This document shows positions 57,287-64,000 of a stretch of 64,000 nucleotides of DNA, piece after piece. The stretch lies in assembly GCA_951406725.2 (NCBI GenBank), contig OX597823.1, positions 85,002,001 to 85,066,000 on the forward strand, given 5' to 3'. The number at the start of each line of letters is the position of its first letter. Positions within the stretch are counted from its first letter, which is position 1. A model generated the notes under the pieces. The model did no database searches. It was not told where the DNA came from and worked only from the letters and a program-made list of their open reading frames with translations. This DNA comes from Octopus vulgaris. Lineage: Eukaryota. The position numbers and the translations under genes were made by a program.

Positions 57287-57919
57287 GATAATATAGATAC
57301 CTCTATGTATACCTCTAACAGCCTAATGATTCCCACTGATACTCCTATGATAACATGTCTGGTCAATTAAAAGGGATCGGTTTTGTGATAAACAAATCGG
57401 TGATTAATATATTTGTGTTCGATTCTGCCGGAAAGGATTAAGAATAAATATGTCAGTCAACATTCCAGTTATCGTAGTTGCCCTGTGCAAGTAATAATTT
57501 ATGTATGTATGTATGTATGTATGTATGTATGTATGTATGTATGTATGTATGTTTGTATGTATGTATGTAGGTAGGTAGGTATTTATGTGCGTGTGTATGT
57601 GTATGTATGTATGTATGTATGTATGTATGTATGTATGTATGTATGTATGTATGTATGTATGTATGTATGTATATGTATATATATATGTTTTTTTTTGCTG
57701 GAAATAGTTAGAAATCATGGTCTGGGAAATAATTGAGATGGTAAAGGTTTTCTAATTTTCAATCCTTTCGAGAATTTATCCTTAATTGGTGCTCTTTCTA
57801 GCACAATACTTTCCTATTTAGAAGCCTCTTGTTGTATTTCTATGTGAATTATATATAGTCTAATGACTAATTCGTTTTTGTGCTAGGCCACTGGTAATAA
57901 TAATTTCTTATTACCCTAT

Positions 57920-57953
<34 letters not shown>

Positions 57954-58207
57954 AACACACACACATATATATATATATGCATGTATGTATATATCGAAAG
58001 GAGGAGTAGATAGACAGCCGACAACTGATGAAGGGTCCTTTCTCAGTGTTAATTTGTCTCGTTCTCCAATTTTTTTCTCCTTGGTAACGTATCTCATTCG
58101 TTTTTTCTTCGTTTGTTAACGTATATCATATTTTTTGTACCGTTGGTGACGTCCTGTACCCATAAATGTATATATGTATATACATAAATAATATATTATT
58201 AATCTTT

Positions 58208-58264
<57 letters not shown>

Positions 58265-58267
<3 letters not shown>

Positions 58268-58519
58268 TTTTATCTTCTTCTTATTTGTTTCAGTCATTTG
58301 GCTGCGGCCATACTGGAGCACCTCCTTTAGTTGAACAAGTCGACCCCAGGACTTATTCTTTGTAAGACTAGTACTTGTTCTATTGCTTTTCTTTTGCAAA
58401 TCGCTAAGTTATTGGGACGTAAACACACCAACATCGGTTGTCAAGCGATGGTGAGTGGGTGGGGCACAATCACAGACACACAAATATACACACACAATAC
58501 ACACATATACATATATGTT

Positions 58520-58564
<45 letters not shown>

Positions 58565-58680
58565 GATGTGTTACTACCAAATCCACTCAAAAGGCTCTGG
58601 TCGACCTGAAGCTATAGTAGATGACACTTGCCCGGAAACATTCGGTTGGAAAGCAAGCTTTTTTTCACATATATGCCATG
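58265..58680 (-). mobile_element. SINE B, diverged
   Basis: Colinear with other B copies. Confidence 0.8.
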
Positions 58681-58900
58681 CATTATTATAAATGTGTTTC
58701 TACATATTACATAGATGTAGTTGGGTAGCTAGATGTAGACAGGTATACATGTAGCTGAAATTTAAAGAAAAGCAAAAGAAGGAGAGAAACTCTTTTAAGT
58801 TTCGAGCCTACGCTCTTCAACAGAAAGGAACACGAAGAAATAAAGAGAGAATAATAAAAAAAGCAACTTTTGGAGATAGCGATCAATCATGGTGGCTGAT

Positions 58901-58931
<31 letters not shown>

Positions 58932-58940
58932 TACACACAC

Positions 58941-58978
<38 letters not shown>

Positions 58979-59954
58979 ACATATATATATATATTAATAA
59001 TGGGAGCAATGGGAATGGAGTGGGTAACACGTTTTATTGCATATGATGATTGTTTCAAAGAGACCTTACAAGAAGAATTATCGCTGGAATATTATATATC
59101 TTATATCTGGCAGCTGATAGCCGTGGGCTCCGTTTTAAAATCAAATCACAAGGTTAATGCTCAGATTGAGTTGATATGAGTACATAAAAACACACAGTCG
59201 CACGCACACACACACAGACACACACAGACACACACACACAGACACACACACACACACACAGACACACACACACACACAGACACACACACACATAAGCTTG
59301 TGTGTGCGCGCGTTAGGAGATTCATTATATCAAAAGTGATGACACACACTGGCTTAACATCACTTCGTTATAGTTAGTCGATTGGTTGAATATCTTACCA
59401 ACTAACAAATCGATCGTTTGTTTAATGTGTTGTTTGTTCATTAGTGAAAGAGTTTTCGTCGATGTCGTGACCTTTCCACTGACTTTACTCTCTCTCCAAG
59501 GTCTGTTCATACACATTTAAGACTTGACCATCACTAACAGGTTAATTGTTAAGTGCCAGCTTTGCCCTTGTGAGGATCTTGAGTCTAGTTTCCTTTGCAC
59601 AACACAACGACAACACTCATTAGCAATATTAAAACACGCAGAGATAAGTACAGTGCAAGACATCCGAGTTTTGTTGGGCTTCAGGTTTTACATACGAGTT
59701 AGACTTCTCTTAGAGAGATAGCTTCACAAACATCAGGGATCCCTCATTCCCAGTGGGTTTACTGCGCCCTCGGACACCTACCTCTGTATTTCTACGCCCC
59801 TGTGCATTCCTTTGGATGGCCAGTGACAGTCTTGAGTTCCGCTCTTTGAATGGTTATGCTTTTCGTCCTACCGGGTGTTCAATAAATCAACCTCCTCATT
59901 AAGTCAGCTTGGTGGGGTTACTGTGTTATATGTTGCTAGTAGCGAATAAATGTA

Positions 59955-60203
59955 AAGTGACCTTCTCGAGTCATGCTGACTGTTATGGGCCGCTCTTCCC
60001 GGTTTCAATGGCGTATATATTCCCCACCTTTAGGAGAAACTGATCCGTCGCAGGGTCATTTATTCTTGTCAGCTGAGTGGACGGTACAATGTGAAATGAA
60101 GTGTTTTGCTCAAGAGCATAACACGTTGCATTGTCCAGGAGTCGAAACCACAATTTTACGATCACGTGTCCAACACCCTGGCCACCAACCCACGCGCCTC
60201 CAC
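59955..60203 (-). mobile_element. SINE C, body Y + tail 1
   Basis: gtcagctgagtggac..gtgaaatgaagtgttttgctcaaga..cacgcgcctccac. Confidence 0.8.
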
Positions 60204-60374
60204 TATGTATGTATGTATGTATGTATGTATGTATGTATGTATGTATGTATGTATGTATGTATGTATGTTTGTATGTATGTATGTATGTATGTTTGTATGT
60301 ATGTATGTATGTATGTATGTATGTATGTATGTATGTATGTATGTATGTATGTATGTTTGTATGTATGTATGCAT

Positions 60375-61440
60375 GTATACGTGCAGATTTGTATGTTTTT
60401 TTATGTATGTACTCTTATGCATATACTTCCATATCTAGACATTCTCATATATACTTAAATGATAAACTTAGAAAAGTTTTGCAAAATTTTACAGTCTCAG
60501 TGATGGATAGGATCTATACTCTTCGAATCAGCTTTTTCTGGTTTTAAGAAGCCTAATTTCTCAAGATTACCATATACCAGGGCGCCAATAATGACAGATA
60601 TAAACCTGAACTTGTAGTTTGGATAGTGTAACTTCAGATTTTTCAATAGTTCAGCATTGGTGTTCTCTTTTCCACTGATCTTCAGCTTTATGTTAACATC
60701 CACTGGGCAGCTGATTTCCACAACTGTACATAGTTTCTCTTCTCGATCGCAAATCATTATATCAGGTCTGTTGTGTTTACATTTTCTTGGGGTTTTCACT
60801 CGGACATTCCACCAATATTCCTTTTTATTATGAGTGGCTATGGCTTCGACCATACTTTAGCTTCTTATTTTTTGTCCTTGGGGTTGTCCTTTCGACCGTT
60901 CTCTTCATACAGTATCCTAGCTACAGCATCATATCTCATCGGTAGATAATACCATGATGACATTTTTGGACAACTGTTTATAATGCGGGTCATATATTCA
61001 GTTTTAACTCCACAAAGTCTGCTTCATTTGTTACATTTTACAGATTTTCCAGCATCTCTGTCCCTTTTGTACTCAAGCTAATTGGTTGATATTTCCTGTT
61101 CTTGGATTGAAAATGCATACTTTTCACATTGGGAGGTTCTAATTTGGTTGTTGGTGCAAGATATACCGCTTTTGTAATCGATGTTATTATAATCTCTGAG
61201 TTTTCTTATAACATATCCATGCATGGTTTTCTGTTCATATATGCTCATCCTTTATCTGATTATACGTTGTGTTACAGTCGTGCAACTTCTTTGGGGGCAT
61301 GTATTTAAGTTTATCAGACAAGGAATGCTGTTCAAGCAGCTCCCTTCTAATTCTTATGATGTCATCAGCCTCGTGTATGCAAACTTCATCAAAGGATGCA
61401 CTTCAACACTTGGTAGTTAAAAGATGTTGCTGAAGGGATA
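60375..61440 (-). mobile_element. 3' part of an R4-like LINE (zinc knuckle + RLE), same family as 16269-18905
   Basis: EYWWNVRVKTPRKCKHNRPDIMICDREEKLCTVVEISCP; 61285-61440 is the diverged reverse complement of 18752-18905. Confidence 0.9.
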
Positions 61441-61692
61441 TGGGTGAATGGATGGATAGTTGGACAGATACCGGAAAAAGGCTTGAAGACACGTAGAGTT
61501 GGAGTTTTTTCATGAATTCGATTCCAGATTTGGTGAGGCAATGTGTACTTGATAATTCTTCTACATTGCAATTTTCAATCAGTTCAGCTGAAATTGTGTA
61601 CAAACTCATTGATAGGAATGTCTCTGCATCTGTTTGTCTGTCTCTCTGTCTCTCTCTTTACTCTCTCCAGATGCCACGCCCTGCCTGCTGAA

Positions 61693-62015
61693 TGAAGGCA
61701 CGTGGCTAAGAGGATGGAATATTGAGCTCACGGTCATAAGGTCCTAGTTTTGTTTCCCAGTGGCGCATTGTTTCTTAGAGCAAGACGCTTTATTTTCACG
61801 TTGCACCAGAAAACTCAGCTGGCAAAAATGAATTGTACCTGTATTTTAAAGAGCCAGCCTTGTCACATTCTATACTATGCTGAATCACCTTGAGAACTAT
61901 GTTAAAGGCACGCGTGTCTTTGGAACGCTCAGTCACTTACACGTTAATTTCCCGAGCAAGCTGTTTCGTTGATCGGATCAAATGAAACCATCGCCATCGG
62001 AACCGATGGAGTGCT
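61693..62015 (+). mobile_element. SINE C, body Y + tail 2
   Basis: ggcacgtggct head; ttcacgttgcaccag..ctcagctggcaaaaatga; gccttgtcaca..gagaactatgttaa. Confidence 0.8.
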
Positions 62016-62282
62016 GGTTTATTCTGCTATGAAGATCATGGTTTTAAATCCTGAAAATGTGTCTACATCTGCACACAGTTGCAGAAATCCGTCGATGGGA
62101 ATGGAGTATATGCTACCAGATCATGCTGACATGCGAGTGTTGGATTTGAATTTTGTTAATATAAATATCAGATGTGTTAGTGATTTCGAAGTTCATCGCC
62201 TCTACCTTTTCAAACAGTGATGAAGGAACAGATTATTCGTCATATATAATATTGGGGAACATTTCAGAAAAGTTTTTAGTAT

Positions 62283-62605
62283 GCAACTGGTACTTAATTT
62301 ATCGACCCCGAATGGATGAAAGGTAAAGTCAACCTCGGAGGAATTTGAACCCAGAACGTAAAGACAGACGAAATACCTATTTCTTTATTACCCACAGGAG
62401 GCTAAACATATAGGGGACAAACAAGGACAGACATAAGTATTAAGTCGATTACATCGACCTTCAGTGCGTAACTGGTACTTAATTTATCAACCCCGAAAGG
62501 ATGAAAGGCAAAGTCGATCTCGGCGGAATTTGAACTCATAACGTAACGACAGACGAAATACGGCTACGCATTTCGCCCGGCGTGCTAACGATTCTGCCAG
62601 CTCGT
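62283..62605 (-). mobile_element. SINE A dimeric form
   Basis: Two body units joined through gacgaaatacctatttcttt. Confidence 0.85.
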
Positions 62606-62626
62606 TGCTTAGAACAACTTATATAT

Positions 62627-62919
62627 AGGCGGTGGGGTGGCTGTGTGCTAATTTTCCAAGTGGTTCCGCAGCATTGCTCGGGAATGTGTCTTCTACTGTA
62701 GCCTCGGACCAAGCAAAACCTTATCAATGGGTTTAGTAGACGGAAACTGGAAAAAGCCCGTCGTGTAAATGTATACACACACACGTGTGTTTTGCTGTCT
62801 GTGTTTGTCCCCTCCTCTGCGTGACAACGTGTGTCGGTGTGTTTATAGCCACACAGCTTAGCGGTCGGAATAAAAGATAGATAGAAAATAATAGTTAGAA
62901 AAAAGGCACTAAAAACAGA

Positions 62920-62961
<42 letters not shown>

Positions 62962-63215
62962 GGGTGTGTGTGATTGTGTATAGAAGAATGTATTAATAAA
63001 AGGAATTCTAACCTTGTCTGATTTTCACGTTTTATTTACAATCTTATAATGATATAATATAAGATAATATAATATAATAGAATAAAATAAAATAGTAGAA
63101 TTTTAAATGTTCATTCTGATTGAACTAGTACTTTCATGCATTAAATTCTGCAATCTTCATGTTCATGTAGTAGTGGTGACAGTCATGCTTCACAATTTTT
63201 ATATATATATGTATG

Positions 63216-63247
<32 letters not shown>

Positions 63248-63250
63248 CAT

Positions 63251-63307
<57 letters not shown>

Positions 63308-63499
63308 CATATATTTAGCGGGTGGCGTGGCTATGTAGTAGGAAGCTTGCTTTTCAACCACATCATTCTGGGTTCAGTTCCATTGCGTGGCACTTCGGAG
63401 AGTGTTTTCTACTAAAGTCTCCGGCGGATCACGTTCTTATGAGTGGATTTGTTAAACAGAAACTGAAAGAAACCTGTTGTATATATACATAGTTACACA

Positions 63500-63532
<33 letters not shown>

Positions 63533-63760
63533 TTATGTGTGTGTATGTATATATATATATATTTATGTGTGTGTGTTTGAGTTTGTCCGCCCGTCATCAC
63601 TTGACAACCGATGTCGGTGTGTTTACGTCCTCGAACCATAGCGGATCGACAAAAGAATCGGATAGAATAATTACAAAGTATAAGTCCTATGGTTGATATC
63701 TGAGACTAAGGCGGGCTTCAGCTCAGCTGCAGTGAAATAACTGAAACAAGTAAAAGAATA
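62627..63760 (+). mobile_element. Two diverged SINE B copies (62627-62890, 63317-63760)
   Basis: gtggctgtgtg/gtggctatgtag heads; ttgacaaccgatg and tail motifs. Confidence 0.8.
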
Positions 63761-64000
63761 TGTATTCTCCTATATATACATATATATGTAACATATGCTA
63801 TAATTATACACAGACCAAATTTTAGCTATTTATCCGCAGACTGAAAGAAATGAATCGATCTTCGAAACTCATTGGGTTCTCATCAGAGGTGTCATTCTGA
63901 TAGTGTTCAGAGAAACAACAACCAAACTGTTTATATACTCAACAAATACAGCAGTTACTCTATGAAGGAGTTCATAATCTGTATACCGAAAGTGTGAAGT

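Noticed and set aside
59720-59935. Old LINE APE-endonuclease start (SFTNIR..LNGY..GGVTV)
   Set aside because: Only scattered motif hints; too degenerate to call without a profile search.
63840-64000. Exon after tttatccgcag
   Set aside because: All three frames stop within the window; no recognisable protein.

Overview
Eukaryotic, AT-rich, repeat-saturated DNA, most likely intronic or intergenic sequence from an octopus (inferred from the SINE families and the very high (TA)n/(AAT)n/(TATG)n/(TATC)n microsatellite load). No intact protein-coding gene is visible; nearly all ORF-track entries are translated microsatellites. Recognisable content: three abundant tRNA-derived SINE families (my labels A, B, C); decayed non-LTR retrotransposons of the R4/Dong (restriction-like endonuclease), CR1/L2-group and RTE clades; Tc1/mariner remnants; a non-autonomous Helitron; and several fold-back elements resembling Penelope-type termini, most carrying minimal hammerhead ribozyme motifs. 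Signals most worth checking: (i) a hammerhead with a compensatory U3-A8 core and related motifs in unrelated palindromes, (ii) an R4-like family apparently associated with (TACA)n alongside (TAA)n-associated Dong-like copies, (iii) a 570-bp non-coding element stacked three times in (TAA)n, (iv) combinatorial body/tail shuffling in SINE C and SINE-LINE shared 3' stem-loops, (v) two candidate microexons and paired YY1-like motifs hinting at host genes. Boundaries were read by eye and are approximate unless stated as exact.
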